Assembly (NCBI GenBank): GCA_016209685.1
Contig: JACQVQ010000008.1
Location: forward strand, 129,778-193,777
Direction: 5' to 3'
From: Planctomycetota bacterium
Lineage (GTDB): Bacteria > Planctomycetota > Brocadiia > Brocadiales > Bathyanammoxibiaceae
Length of the DNA: 64,000 nucleotides
Under the pieces are notes generated by a model. That model had not been told where the DNA came from, made no database searches, and was given only the letters and a program-made list of their open reading frames with translations. Below are positions 9,928 to 19,995 of this stretch, one piece after another (the stretch's first letter is position 1; each line of letters begins with the position of its first letter). The translations under genes and the position numbers were made by a program.

Positions 9928-10374
9928 ATGGGGGAAAAGATATTAGTGTTGGATAGTGACAGGGATCACCAGGAGAGGATTAAGTCCCTATTGAACAAGG
10001 CAGGTTACGAGACCATGACCGTGGAGGATAGATTTTCTGGACTCCAGGCCCTCAGGGAAGGTGGCAGGGATTCTTGCCTCAGGCGGGTGGGATCAGCCGA
10101 ATCGGCCACTCTCAACAGGGGAGGTTTTTCTGCAGTACTGATGAGAGAAGAGGCCAACGGCACAATCAGTGTCCATGACACGCTCCAGGATATAAAGGCC
10201 ATCTCCCCGGAGATGCCAGTGGTCGTAAGTGCTGATTCCTGGACGCCCCAGTCTCTTCAATATTGTACCGAGGTCGGGGCCTTCTTCTGTATGGATGGGG
10301 AGGCCGAAGGCGACCTCCTTGTGCAGGTGTTAAGCAAGGCGATTGAAGAATATAAACTGTCCTCAAAGTTGTAG
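9928..10374 (+). CDS. Receiver-domain-like protein lacking an obvious phospho-acceptor Asp (pseudo-receiver), with a repeat-derived insertion
   Basis: KILVLDSDRDHQERI...AGYETMTV resembles a CheY-like fold. An LMREE segment sits where DLVLLD is expected. DNA at 10066-10105 matches the GATTCTT-GCCTCAGGCGGG-...GAATC hairpin module. Confidence 0.55.
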   Translation: MGEKILVLDSDRDHQERIKSLLNKAGYETMTVEDRFSGLQALREGGRDSCLRRVGSAESATLNRGGFSAVLMREEANGTISVHDTLQDIKAISPEMPVVVSADSWTPQSLQYCTEVGAFFCMDGEAEGDLLVQVLSKAIEEYKLSSKL

Positions 10375-10398
10375 GGGCAATTCACTAGTTGCCCCTGC
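10371..10398. repeat. GTAG-headed REP-like hairpin (GTAGGGGCAA...TTGCCCCTGC)
   Basis: 7-bp stem at 10374-10380 / 10389-10395. The TAG stop of the 9928 ORF is the TAG of the GTAG head. Confidence 0.8.
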
Positions 10399-10420
10399 TT
10401 AGGTAAAAGGAGAGGGAGTT

Positions 10421-11983
10421 ATGGGATATGCGAGATGGGCAGTCGTCTTTCTGATTAGTTTAGGGTTAATAGCCCTCAGCCATACCCCTGTTTTTGCTAA
10501 GGGAGATGCAGGTGCAGGGAAGGGGGTCTTTGAAAAGAGGTGTCAGGGCTGTCACGGAGAAAAGGGAGATGGCAAGGGTCTAGCCTCCGTCTTCTTGTAC
10601 CCCAAACCTGCAGATTTTACGAGCGGCAAGTTCAAACTCCGCTCCACCCCATCCGGAGAGATGCCCACCGATGACGACCTCTTTAAGACCGTTGCTGATG
10701 GTGTCCAGGGGAGCGCCATGCCCTCCTTTGCCTATATCGCAGACGATGAGCGCTGGAACGTCATACAACACATAAAGACCCTCGCATTATATTTTGATGA
10801 GGAAGAGGGAAAGACCTACAATCTCTTTGAACTCAGGGGAGCCCCACACCCGTTAACCGTCGCCCCCGAACCGCCCATGGCCGCCGAGACCCTTGCAAAG
10901 GCGAAGGCCGTTTATGAGCAGGAAAAGCTGGGATGCGTAAAGTGCCACGGCAGGCTTGGGAAAGGGGACGGCCCATCGGCTCAGGAGCAGGTGGACGACT
11001 GGGGCAGGCCCATAAAGGTGAGAGATTTTACCACAGGCGTATTCAAGGGTGGTAATACCAACAGAGACGTTTATTTGAGGTTTGCCACCGGGATGAGCGG
11101 CACCCCAATGCCTGCCTTCTCCGGTGAACAGCTTTCGGATGCGGACCGCTGGTCATTAGTCCAATACGTCCAGTCCCTGAAGAACCCGGACGTAAGGTTG
11201 GCTACCCCACCGGCCGACGCCACCATAGTGGCCACCCAGACTAACGAGGATATCCCGGACGATAACCCCGAGGCTACGGTCTGGCAGTCAGCCAAGGAAT
11301 ACGAGATACCACTTAACAGGCTCTGGCAGCCAGAGATTCTACCCATGCACGTACGGGTCCGCGCCCTCTACAACGGCAAGGATGTGGCCATACACCTGGA
11401 GTGGGACGACGCTACCCAGAACATGGGCTATTCCCAACCGCAGACCTTTAGAGACGGCGCAGCCGTACAGTTCTCCCCCAGCGGTGAGTTTCCCTTTATA
11501 GGGATGGGTAATGGCAAGACCATGACAGGGCTGGAGATTCCTGTCAACATCTGGCACTGGAAGGGAGACTGGCAGGCAGATGCTGGCACCTATACCGACA
11601 TAAAGCACGTCTACCCGAACATGCACGTGGATACCTATTATTTCCCCAAGGAGGTACAGGATAAGACTTACCTAGCTGGTCGTGCGGCAGGCAACTTGTT
11701 TTCCAGCGACCACCGTCCCTCCGTTGTAGAAGACCTGAATGCCGTAGGTTTTGGGAGTCTAGAGTCCCAGCCTGTCAGCTCGCAGGGTGTCCAGGGGAGA
11801 GGCGACTGGTCAGATAACAAGTGGCAGGTGGTCTTAAGGCGTCCTCTGGAGTCTCAGGAGACCAGGGACGTAAAGTTCTCAAAGGGTGCTACCATCCCCG
11901 TATCCTTTGCCGTATGGGATGGTGCCCGTCAGGACAGGGACGGTATAAAGTTTGTATCTACCTGGTTTAGATTAAAAATGTAG
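10421..11983 (+). CDS. Secreted diheme cytochrome c fused to an NxrC/EbdC-like (DMSO reductase family type II gamma, heme b) domain
   Basis: Signal peptide, CQGCH and CVKCH motifs in the N-terminal half. The C-terminal half (WQS..YEIPL...HLEWDD...GAAVQF...FAVWDG) resembles the ethylbenzene dehydrogenase gamma / NxrC fold. The gene sits directly upstream of nxrA-like. Confidence 0.7.
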   Translation: MGYARWAVVFLISLGLIALSHTPVFAKGDAGAGKGVFEKRCQGCHGEKGDGKGLASVFLYPKPADFTSGKFKLRSTPSGEMPTDDDLFKTVADGVQGSAMPSFAYIADDERWNVIQHIKTLALYFDEEEGKTYNLFELRGAPHPLTVAPEPPMAAETLAKAKAVYEQEKLGCVKCHGRLGKGDGPSAQEQVDDWGRPIKVRDFTTGVFKGGNTNRDVYLRFATGMSGTPMPAFSGEQLSDADRWSLVQYVQSLKNPDVRLATPPADATIVATQTNEDIPDDNPEATVWQSAKEYEIPLNRLWQPEILPMHVRVRALYNGKDVAIHLEWDDATQNMGYSQPQTFRDGAAVQFSPSGEFPFIGMGNGKTMTGLEIPVNIWHWKGDWQADAGTYTDIKHVYPNMHVDTYYFPKEVQDKTYLAGRAAGNLFSSDHRPSVVEDLNAVGFGSLESQPVSSQGVQGRGDWSDNKWQVVLRRPLESQETRDVKFSKGATIPVSFAVWDGARQDRDGIKFVSTWFRLKM

Positions 11984-12062
11984 CGTTACCGTTTATACCC
12001 GAGGACAGGAAGCTTCAGGCAGGATTTTGACCTGACCAACCATAGAGGGAGGATAAGAGATA

Positions 12063-15000
12063 ATGGAGATTTCCAGACGCGACTTCCTAAGATATACAGG
12101 GATGGCCACAGGAGGCGCCATGGCCACGGGCCTGAAGCTCCGCTTCCTGGAGGCCCAGACGGAGATTCCTAACCCCCTTGAACACTACCCCGATAGAAAC
12201 TGGGAGAAGGTCTACAGGGACCAGTATTCCTATGATAGGACCTTTACCTTCTGCTGTGTACCTAACGATACCCATAACTGCCGTCTAAAAGCCTTTGTGA
12301 GGAACGGCGTTGTAACAAGGATAGAGCAGAACTACGACAGCCACCTGGTGGAAGATCTCCATGGTAACAAATGCACCCCAATGTGGAACCCTCGTGGTTG
12401 CCTTAAGGGATATACATTGGTCAGGCGGGTATACGGCCCTTACAGGATAAAATATCCCATGGTACGGAAGGGCTGGATGGAGTGGGCAGAAAATGGCTTC
12501 CCTGACCCCAACACTCCAGAGAACCAGGAGAAATACTTCCAGAGGGACAGGGATACCTGGGTAAGGGCATCCTGGGACTACGCCTTCACCCTCGTGGCCA
12601 GGGGCCTGCTCCGCATAATGTCTACCTATGGAGGTGAGGAAGGGGCCAAACTCCTCAGGAAGCAGGGCTATCCGGAGGAGATGATTGAGGCCGCCCATGG
12701 TACAGGTGCCCGTTGCATAAAGATTCGCCCAGGGATGGGATTTCTGGGGATGACCCGTATTTACGGTTCAGTTGTGCGCTTCTGCAATATGCTGGGCCTT
12801 TATGACGGCAAGGGTGGTGCGCGTAACTGGTCTAACTATACGTGGCACGGAGATTTGGGTCCTGGGCATCCCATGGTCTCAGGCATACAGACCTTTGACT
12901 CAGACCTCAACGACTTCCGCCATGCCAAGCTCATGGTCTTCAGTGGAAAGAACATGGTGGAAAACAAGATGCCCGATGCCCACTGGTGGATAGAGATAAT
13001 GGAGAGGGGCGGGAAGATTGTAAATATTTCCCCCGAGTACAGCCCAGCCTCCCAAAAGGCCGATTATTGGGTACCAGTAAGGCCAGGTTCTGACGTGGCA
13101 CTCATGATGGGAGTGGTCCATCTACTGATAAAGAACAACTGGTACGAGGTGGACTTCGTAAAACAATACACCGACTTGCCACTACTGGTGAGGCTGGATA
13201 ATTTGAAAATCCTGCGGGCCGCAGACATTATTTCTGGCTATAAGAACAAGGAACTCACCGGTTACAGCAAGAAGGTGCAGATTATAGACCCTCAGATGAG
13301 AGAAGACTGGGGCGACTTTGTGGTCTGGGATACCAAGAGCAATGGCCCCAAGGTGATAACCAGGGAAGACGTTGGCAAACACTTTGCCGCTATAGGCATT
13401 GACCCCGCCCTGGAAGGGAGCTTCAAGGTCAAGACTGCGGATGGCAAGGAGATAGAGGTAAAACCCTCGTTCCAGCTCTACAAAGAACTCTGCGCCGAGT
13501 ACGACCCTGCCACCGTCCAGGAGATAACCAGCACCCCCAAGGAGATGATAGAACAGCTGGCCAAGGACTTTGCCACCATAAAGCCAGCCATGATTCATAC
13601 AGGCGAGGGTACCAACCACTACTTCCACTGCGACATAAAGGACAGGGTCAACTTCCTTATACTGGCGCTCACCGGCAACTTCGGCAAGCCAGGGGGAGGT
13701 CCCGGCCACTGGGCAGGAAATTACAAGATTTCCGTCTTCCCGGGGTCATACGTGATGATGGGAGAGGACCCCTTCCACGTTAACCTGGACCCCAATGCTA
13801 AGGTGGAGGACATCAAGGTAAAGAAGTACTTCAAACCAGAAGAAGTGTGCTACTGGAACTACCAGGACAACATCCTGAAGGTAAATGGGAAGTGTTTTAC
13901 CGGCCAAACCCACATGCCCACTCCCACCAAGGTTATATGGTTTGCCAACGTGAACCTCATCAATAACGCCAAGTGGGCCTATGAGATGATTTACAACACC
14001 AATAAGAGGGTGGAGATGATAGTGGCCCAGGACTGGGAGTGGACGGGTAGCTGTGAGGTCTCAGACATCGTCTTCCCTGTCCACAGCTGGATGGAACTGA
14101 CACAGCCAGATTTTACCGCCTCCTGTTCCAACCCCTTCCTCCAAGTCTGGAAGGGTGGGATAAAACCACTTTACGACACTAAGCAAGATAGCGAGATATA
14201 TGCGGGAGTGGCTTGCAAGCTGGCGGAGCTTACCGGGGACAACCGTTACAGGGATTACTGGAAGTTTATCCTGGAAGGGAAGACAGAGGTATACATACAG
14301 CGGATGTTTGACGCCTGTATTACTACCCAGGGTTATAAGGTAGATGAACTCCTCAAGCAAGACCGTGGCGCCCTACTGCTCTTCCGCACCTACCCGAGGA
14401 TAACGGGTTGGGAGCAGATTCAAGAATCCAAGCCCTTCTACAACAAGACCGGAAGGCTTGAGTTCTACAGGGACGAGGACGAGTTCATTGAATACGGAGA
14501 GAACCTCATAGTCTTCCGTGAACCAGTGGAGGCCACACCCTATCTGCCCAACGTCATAGTGGGCACCCATCCGGCCATAAGGCCCAATGATTACGGTATA
14601 CCTTTGACCGCCACCGGTGCAGATGAGCGGTCTGTAAGGAACGTGAAGATGTCCTGGAAAGAGGTTAAGAAGACCAAGAACTTCCTGTGGGAGAAGGGTT
14701 ATCGTTTCTACTGCCTCACCCCCAAGACCAGGCACAGGGTGCACTCCTCCTGGAGCAACTCAGACTGGAACCTTATATGGGACAGCAACTACGGAGACCC
14801 CTACCGTATGGACAAGAGAACCCCAGGGGTGGGCGAACACCAAATCCATCTGAACCCAGAAGATGCCAGAGAGTTGGGCATCAACGATGGCGACTATGTA
14901 TATGCGGACGCCAACCCTGATGACAGGCCCTACGTGGGTTGGAAGCCCACCGACCCCAATTACAAGGTGTCACGCCTGATGCTCAGGGTGAAATACAATC

Positions 15001-15416
15001 CAGCTTATCCAAGAGGGGTAACCATGATGAAGCATTCACCTTTCATGGCCCTCTGGAAGACGGTGAAGGCCCATGAGACTAGGCCAGACGGCAGGGCCGT
15101 TACGGCTGACACAGGCTACCAGGCCAACTTCCGTTACGGCTCCCAGCAGTCATTGACCAGGGGTTGGCTACAGCCTACCATGATGACTGACAGCCTGGTG
15201 AGGAAGAACATTCTGGGACAAGGGATTGGCAAGGGCTTTGAGATAGACGTTCATGCCCCCAACACCTGCCCCAAGGAGACCTTGATAAGGGTATACAAGG
15301 CCGAGGATGGAGGCATAGACAGTAGGGGGGCATGGGAGCCTGCCAGGACGGGCCTGACCCCGGCCCAGGAAAACGAGGCCATGAAGAATTACCTCGCCGG
15401 CAAGTTCATCGTCTAG
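12063..15416 (+). CDS. nxrA: Periplasmic molybdopterin oxidoreductase catalytic subunit, nitrite oxidoreductase/nitrate reductase-like (type II DMSO reductase family)
   Basis: Twin-arginine signal SRRDFLRY. N-terminal Fe-S motif FTFCCVPNDTHNCRLKAFVRNGV. 1117 aa. Followed by NxrB-like and TorD-like genes. The physiological direction of the reaction cannot be told from sequence. Confidence 0.75.
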   Translation: MEISRRDFLRYTGMATGGAMATGLKLRFLEAQTEIPNPLEHYPDRNWEKVYRDQYSYDRTFTFCCVPNDTHNCRLKAFVRNGVVTRIEQNYDSHLVEDLHGNKCTPMWNPRGCLKGYTLVRRVYGPYRIKYPMVRKGWMEWAENGFPDPNTPENQEKYFQRDRDTWVRASWDYAFTLVARGLLRIMSTYGGEEGAKLLRKQGYPEEMIEAAHGTGARCIKIRPGMGFLGMTRIYGSVVRFCNMLGLYDGKGGARNWSNYTWHGDLGPGHPMVSGIQTFDSDLNDFRHAKLMVFSGKNMVENKMPDAHWWIEIMERGGKIVNISPEYSPASQKADYWVPVRPGSDVALMMGVVHLLIKNNWYEVDFVKQYTDLPLLVRLDNLKILRAADIISGYKNKELTGYSKKVQIIDPQMREDWGDFVVWDTKSNGPKVITREDVGKHFAAIGIDPALEGSFKVKTADGKEIEVKPSFQLYKELCAEYDPATVQEITSTPKEMIEQLAKDFATIKPAMIHTGEGTNHYFHCDIKDRVNFLILALTGNFGKPGGGPGHWAGNYKISVFPGSYVMMGEDPFHVNLDPNAKVEDIKVKKYFKPEEVCYWNYQDNILKVNGKCFTGQTHMPTPTKVIWFANVNLINNAKWAYEMIYNTNKRVEMIVAQDWEWTGSCEVSDIVFPVHSWMELTQPDFTASCSNPFLQVWKGGIKPLYDTKQDSEIYAGVACKLAELTGDNRYRDYWKFILEGKTEVYIQRMFDACITTQGYKVDELLKQDRGALLLFRTYPRITGWEQIQESKPFYNKTGRLEFYRDEDEFIEYGENLIVFREPVEATPYLPNVIVGTHPAIRPNDYGIPLTATGADERSVRNVKMSWKEVKKTKNFLWEKGYRFYCLTPKTRHRVHSSWSNSDWNLIWDSNYGDPYRMDKRTPGVGEHQIHLNPEDARELGINDGDYVYADANPDDRPYVGWKPTDPNYKVSRLMLRVKYNPAYPRGVTMMKHSPFMALWKTVKAHETRPDGRAVTADTGYQANFRYGSQQSLTRGWLQPTMMTDSLVRKNILGQGIGKGFEIDVHAPNTCPKETLIRVYKAEDGGIDSRGAWEPARTGLTPAQENEAMKNYLAGKFIV

Positions 15417-15429
15417 AGGCAAATATTGT

Positions 15430-15458
15430 GTAGGGGCGACCCGGCGGGTCGCCCCTAC
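15430..15458. repeat. REP-like hairpin GTAGGGGCGACCCGGCGGGTCGCCCCTAC
   Basis: Near-perfect palindrome with GTAG/CTAC heads, intercistronic between nxrA and nxrB. Confidence 0.85.
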
Positions 15459-15478
15459 TTAGGATTAGGAGGAATCTA

Positions 15479-16648
15479 ATGACAAAGGTTTACAATTGGC
15501 AGCTGGGGCGGGAGATGGAATACCCGTACGAGGCCGCCCGCCCAAAGAGACAATTCGCTGCGGTCTTCAATATAAACCGTTGTATAGCCTGTCAGACCTG
15601 TACCATGGCCTGTAAGAGCACCTGGACCTTCTCTAAGGGGCAGGAGTTCATGTGGTGGAACAACGTGGAGACCAAGCCTTTTGGAGGCTTCCCGCAGTCC
15701 TGGGACTCCAAGGCCCTCCAGCTCCTTGGCCCGCAACCAGGTTGGGATGCCGGCAGTAAGGCACATGATTCTCCCCATGGAAAGTACAAAGGGGAGACCC
15801 TATTTGAGGCCGCCGGCAAGAGGATTGACGCCAGCGGACAACAGGCCCTGGGATACGTCCCTGAGGATAAGGAATGGCGCGCCCCTAACTTCTTTGAAGA
15901 TACCGCCAACCGTTCCCCCAAGACCGTTAATGGCGTACAGGAAGGGGCCATGCTCCCTGAACACCAGATATTCTTTTTCTACCTGCAGAGGATTTGTAAC
16001 CACTGCACCTACCCTGCCTGTCTGGCGGCCTGTCCCAGGAAGGCCATATATAAGAGGCCAGAGGACGGTATAGTCCTCATAGACCAGAGCCGCTGCCGGG
16101 GTTACAGGAAGTGCGTGGAACAGTGTCCCTATAAGAAACCTATGTTTAACGGGCAGACCAGGGTCTCTGAGAAGTGTATAGCCTGTTATCCCAGGGTGGA
16201 GGGGAAAGACCCCATGAGCGAGGGAGACCCCATGGTCACCCGTTGTATATCAGCCTGTGTGGGGAAGATAAGACTACAGGGCTGGGTGGATGACCCGGAT
16301 AGCCCTGTCCATTACCTGGTGAGGAAAGAGAAGGTGGCCTTGCCCTTGTATCCCCAGTTCGGGACTGAGCCTAACGTGTATTATATACCGCCCAGGTGGG
16401 CCCCGAGGGGCTATCTACATCAGATGTTTGGCCCTGGTGTGGACGAGGCTATTGCCAAGTACACTAAACCTTCCCACGAACTCCTGTCCGTACTGCAGCT
16501 CTTTGGTGTAACGCAGAAGCTCATCTACTGCTACGAGGTCACCGCAGACACCATCATTGCCTACGGCAGGGAGCATAAGGAGATTATGAGGGTACCCGTC
16601 AACGAGGCCGTGCTCGTCAGGGATGAGAAGTACCTGAACGTTACTTAA
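15479..16648 (+). CDS. nxrB: Fe-S beta subunit of NXR-like enzyme
   Basis: MTKVYNWQLGREMEYPYE..., ferredoxin-type motifs CIACQTCTMACK, CNHCTYPACLAACP and CRGYRKCVEQCP. RBS AGGAGG. Confidence 0.85.
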   Translation: MTKVYNWQLGREMEYPYEAARPKRQFAAVFNINRCIACQTCTMACKSTWTFSKGQEFMWWNNVETKPFGGFPQSWDSKALQLLGPQPGWDAGSKAHDSPHGKYKGETLFEAAGKRIDASGQQALGYVPEDKEWRAPNFFEDTANRSPKTVNGVQEGAMLPEHQIFFFYLQRICNHCTYPACLAACPRKAIYKRPEDGIVLIDQSRCRGYRKCVEQCPYKKPMFNGQTRVSEKCIACYPRVEGKDPMSEGDPMVTRCISACVGKIRLQGWVDDPDSPVHYLVRKEKVALPLYPQFGTEPNVYYIPPRWAPRGYLHQMFGPGVDEAIAKYTKPSHELLSVLQLFGVTQKLIYCYEVTADTIIAYGREHKEIMRVPVNEAVLVRDEKYLNVT

Positions 16649-16656
16649 AAATACCC

Positions 16657-16710
16657 GTAGTCGCAGGCTTTAGCCTGCGTGAAGTAACGCAACCTAAAGG
16701 TTGCGGCTAC
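16657..16710. repeat. Paired REP-like hairpins (GTAGTCGCAGGCTTTAGCCTGCG ... CGCAACCTAAAGGTTGCGGCTAC)
   Basis: Two hairpins in inverted orientation with GTAG/CTAC heads. Related single hairpins occur at 49444-49467 and 55036-55058. Confidence 0.8.
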
Positions 16711-16727
16711 TATACAAGGAGACGTTG

Positions 16728-17504
16728 ATGCAAGAAGCTGGGAAAGAGGTTGTGGTGAAAGAATCCCCTGACGAAGAGAGGGCCCAAAAGGCCCTGGCCA
16801 GGAGCAGTTTCTATGGCATCCTGTCCAGGGGCTTCGCCTATCCCACCGAAGAGGTTCTGGGGGAGATAAAGGCAGGTGCCACCTCCAACGAGCTAAAGGG
16901 TTCGGCCGCCTGCCTGGGGGAGGGACTCTTGCAATCCGTGGAGGCCCTCTGTGAGGCTATGGAGAGGGAGATAGCCCCCCTCGGACTGAGGGAGGTGGAG
17001 GGAGGCTATAACAGGATATTCTCCATGGGTCTCCTGTGTCCCCATCATGAGACGTTTTACACCTCTGCCCATGTCTTTATGAAAAGCCAGGATCTGGCAG
17101 ACATCCAGGGCTTTTACAATGCCTTCGGTTTCCGTCTCGCAGAGGAACAAAAGGAACTGGCGGACTTTATAGGGACTGAGCTGGAGTTCATGTACGTCCT
17201 TTGCTTTAAGGAGTACCATGCAATAAAAAAGGGTGAGAAAGATAAGGCCGACCTCTGCCGTGAGGCCCAGGCCAAGTTTGTGGAAGGACATATTGGCACA
17301 TGGACAGAGGCCTTCTCTATGACTCTCACGGTTAGTTCGCACATGGACTACTTTATAACCCTGGGGAGGTTGTTAGAAAAGTTTGTGGATTTTGATTGCC
17401 AGTATCTCGGAGTGGCTCCCAAGAAGGTATCGGCGCCGGAAGAGGGATGGAAAAGAGAGACGGAGCCGCTCAGTTGTGGAGAAGATATACAAGGACTGAA
17501 GTAA
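16728..17504 (+). CDS. TorD/NarJ-like redox enzyme maturation chaperone (NxrD-like)
   Basis: ARSSFYGILSRGFAYPTEE motif, typical of this chaperone family. I start it at ATG 16728 (RBS AAGGAGA) rather than the track's TTG at 16701, which lies inside the REP element. Confidence 0.65.
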   Translation: MQEAGKEVVVKESPDEERAQKALARSSFYGILSRGFAYPTEEVLGEIKAGATSNELKGSAACLGEGLLQSVEALCEAMEREIAPLGLREVEGGYNRIFSMGLLCPHHETFYTSAHVFMKSQDLADIQGFYNAFGFRLAEEQKELADFIGTELEFMYVLCFKEYHAIKKGEKDKADLCREAQAKFVEGHIGTWTEAFSMTLTVSSHMDYFITLGRLLEKFVDFDCQYLGVAPKKVSAPEEGWKRETEPLSCGEDIQGLK

Positions 17505-17576
17505 TGGATTCATTCAATAATCCAGCTCCTTCCTTTGATATAAAACTCTAAGGATAGACACTGAAGGAGATTGTTA

Positions 17577-18137
17577 GTGGAGACGAATACGGCGAAGGTG
17601 GACGAGAAAGCTGCAGTTGTGGAAGCTGGCCCCCTTAAAAAGGAAATTGGGCTGGGGATAGGGGGCCGGCGTTCCTTTCTTTTAAAGCTGGGTTGGGCAG
17701 GTTTTGCCCTCTTCCTATCTGCATGGATGGTCTCCTTTATGAGATTGTTCTTCCCGCGGTGCCTCTTTGAGCCTCCTATGACCTTTAAGGCAGGTTACCC
17801 GTGGGAGTATACGGTCGGCGTAGTAAGCACGAGGTTCCAGAAGGAGTACAGGGTATGGATAGTAAGAGAGGGCGAGGGTTTTTACGCCCTGTTTGGCCAG
17901 TGCACCCACCTGGGCTGTACGCCTGTATGGTGGGAGGGGGAGAATAAATTCAAGTGCCCCTGCCACGGGAGTGGTTTTACCAAGGAGGGGATAAACTACG
18001 AGGGCCCGGCGCCAAGACCCCTGGAAAGGGTGAAGGTGACCCTGGCGGCCGATGGGCAGTTGCTCGTAGATAAGTCCATTCGCTTCCGGCAGGAAAGGGG
18101 CGAATGGGAGAAACAAGGGGCCTTCCTCAAGGTATAA
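17577..18137 (+). CDS. Rieske [2Fe-2S] protein of a cytochrome bc/b6f-type complex
   Basis: CTHLGC...CPCHGS boxes and an N-terminal TM anchor. GTG 17577 has better spacing to the GAAGGAGA RBS than the track's TTG 17571. Confidence 0.85.
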   Translation: METNTAKVDEKAAVVEAGPLKKEIGLGIGGRRSFLLKLGWAGFALFLSAWMVSFMRLFFPRCLFEPPMTFKAGYPWEYTVGVVSTRFQKEYRVWIVREGEGFYALFGQCTHLGCTPVWWEGENKFKCPCHGSGFTKEGINYEGPAPRPLERVKVTLAADGQLLVDKSIRFRQERGEWEKQGAFLKV

Positions 18138-18186
18138 AGTCCTCAATACTGTATCTGCCTGGGCGTTATCCTCAAGGGAAAGACTA

Positions 18187-18963
18187 ATGTTGACAGAACA
18201 AAGAGAAAAGATAAAGGAAATCATTACTGAATCGCAGGTATACAAGTCCATCTTCCGTAGAGGTTTTGAGGACACCACAAAGAACCGCGTCCTGGCCATC
18301 TTCGGCAACGTATTCCTCCATCTACATCCACCTTACGTAAAGAGACATGCGCTGAAATTCACCCATAGCTGGTGTATGGGTGGTATAACCTTCCTGCTCT
18401 TTTTAGTCCTCTGCTTTACCGGGGTGTTCCTGTGTTTCTATTATCATCCCGATAAGATTAATGCCTACAGGGACATGAAGTATTTTGAGTACGACGTCCC
18501 CTTCGGGGTGGTACTGAGGAACATGCACCGTTGGGCCGCCCACTTGATGGTCATCACCGTGTGGCTCCATATGACCAGGGTCTTTATGACCGGGTCTTAT
18601 AAACCTCCGAGGGAGTTTAACTGGGTAGTAGGGGTATTGTTGCTGGTCTTGACCCTGCTCCTTAGTTTTACGGGCTATTTACTGACGGATGACCAGTTGG
18701 GTTTCTGGGCCGTGACGGTGGGTACCAATATGGCCAGGGCTACGCCACTACTGGGCCACGAGGGACCTTTTGGGGAACAGTTGGGAGTTACGGCCTACAA
18801 CGACATACGCTTTGCCCTCCTCGGTGGTTCGGTGGTGGGTGGTAATGCCCTGCTCAGGGCCTATGTATGGCACTGCGTGGCCATGCCTGTAACTGCCATC
18901 CTCTTCCTGGCCGTACACTTCTGGAGGACTAGAAAAGACGGTGGCACGGCAGGGCCACTATAA
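18187..18963 (+). CDS. Cytochrome b, N-terminal (b6-like) half
   Basis: Helix B carries H-x13-H ([16 protein letters not shown]) and helix D carries H-x14-H ([17 protein letters not shown]). The 14-residue spacing is the b6-type signature. Confidence 0.85.
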   Translation: MLTEQREKIKEIITESQVYKSIFRRGFEDTTKNRVLAIFGNVFLHLHPPYVKRHALKFTHSWCMGGITFLLFLVLCFTGVFLCFYYHPDKINAYRDMKYFEYDVPFGVVLRNMHRWAAHLMVITVWLHMTRVFMTGSYKPPREFNWVVGVLLLVLTLLLSFTGYLLTDDQLGFWAVTVGTNMARATPLLGHEGPFGEQLGVTAYNDIRFALLGGSVVGGNALLRAYVWHCVAMPVTAILFLAVHFWRTRKDGGTAGPL

Positions 18964-19020
18964 AAATTTGGGTTCAAGGGTTCAATCCACCTCAGGCGGA
19001 AAAGGTTTAAGGTAAAGTCC

Positions 19021-19995
19021 ATGTGGCACAATATATTTAAGATAGCCAGTAAGCCGGATAACATCCCCATCGTGGGGATGCTCCTCCTCGTCTTCTTCTT
19101 TTGGTTCCTCTCCTTCTGGGCGGCCTTTAAAAATGACCGTATAAGAAGGGCCGCGGCCGGCAGGCCGAGACCGGAGGGTGGAAAGTCCAAAGGGGATGTG
19201 GTGGACGTAATAGATTTTATGTACCCGGAGGAAGAGCAAGGGCTACCCAAAAAGGTCAGTTGCTGGCCCCATCTGGTGAAGCTGGAGTTTGTATGTGCCA
19301 TAGCCGTTATGGCACTGCTCATGTTCTGGTCTATCCCTATAGACGCACCCCTGGAGGAGCCTTCAGACTCCACCCTTACCCCCAACCCCTCCAAGGCGCC
19401 CTGGTACTTCCTGGGATTACAAGACATGCTGGTGTACTTTGACCCATGGATTGCAGGGGTACTGCTCCCCACTTTTATTATAGTGGGGCTGATGGTCATA
19501 CCTTATGTGGACGTAAACCCCAAGGGTAATGGTTACTACACCTTTGCCGAGAGGCCCTTTGCCATACTGGTATACTGGTTCGGTTTCTTTGTGTTATGGG
19601 TCTTGGAGATAGTCATTGGCACGTTCTGCCGTGGGCCGGGGTGGATGTTCTTCTGGCCGGGCCAGGAATGGGACCCCCACAGGGTAGTGGCAGAGGTGAA
19701 CATTAACTGGAACGAGTTCCTGGCAAACATTAGCGGTATTACGGCCCTGAAGACGGAGACGGCGGGCCTCCTTTTGGGGATAGTTACAATCCTGGCCTAT
19801 TTCGGGCTGGGGACGGCATTGCCCTATCTCTGGCTCAAGAGGCAGGAGGCACCCATAATACACCGTCTGGGACTCATCCGCTACGGCGTGGTGGGCTTCT
19901 TCTTCTGGACTATGATGGCCTTGCCCATCAAGATAGTCCTCAGGCTCATGTTTTCTATCAAGTATATCCTGGTTACACCCTGGTTTAACATATGA
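19021..19995 (+). CDS. Cytochrome b C-terminal (subunit IV-like) half with extra TM helices
   Basis: PNPSKAPWYFLGLQ motif (the PEWY-equivalent region), polytopic, directly after the b6-like gene. Confidence 0.75.
   Translation: MWHNIFKIASKPDNIPIVGMLLLVFFFWFLSFWAAFKNDRIRRAAAGRPRPEGGKSKGDVVDVIDFMYPEEEQGLPKKVSCWPHLVKLEFVCAIAVMALLMFWSIPIDAPLEEPSDSTLTPNPSKAPWYFLGLQDMLVYFDPWIAGVLLPTFIIVGLMVIPYVDVNPKGNGYYTFAERPFAILVYWFGFFVLWVLEIVIGTFCRGPGWMFFWPGQEWDPHRVVAEVNINWNEFLANISGITALKTETAGLLLGIVTILAYFGLGTALPYLWLKRQEAPIIHRLGLIRYGVVGFFFWTMMALPIKIVLRLMFSIKYILVTPWFNI

Noticed and set aside
12087-15422. Numerous 60-175-aa antisense or alternate-frame ORFs inside nxrA-like (e.g. 12285..12698, 13182..13709, 14373..14744)
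   Set aside because: They are shadow ORFs within a long, motif-rich sense gene. The same applies to overlapping ORFs within the kinase, regulator, octaheme, ccoN, moxR, gltX and cysS genes.
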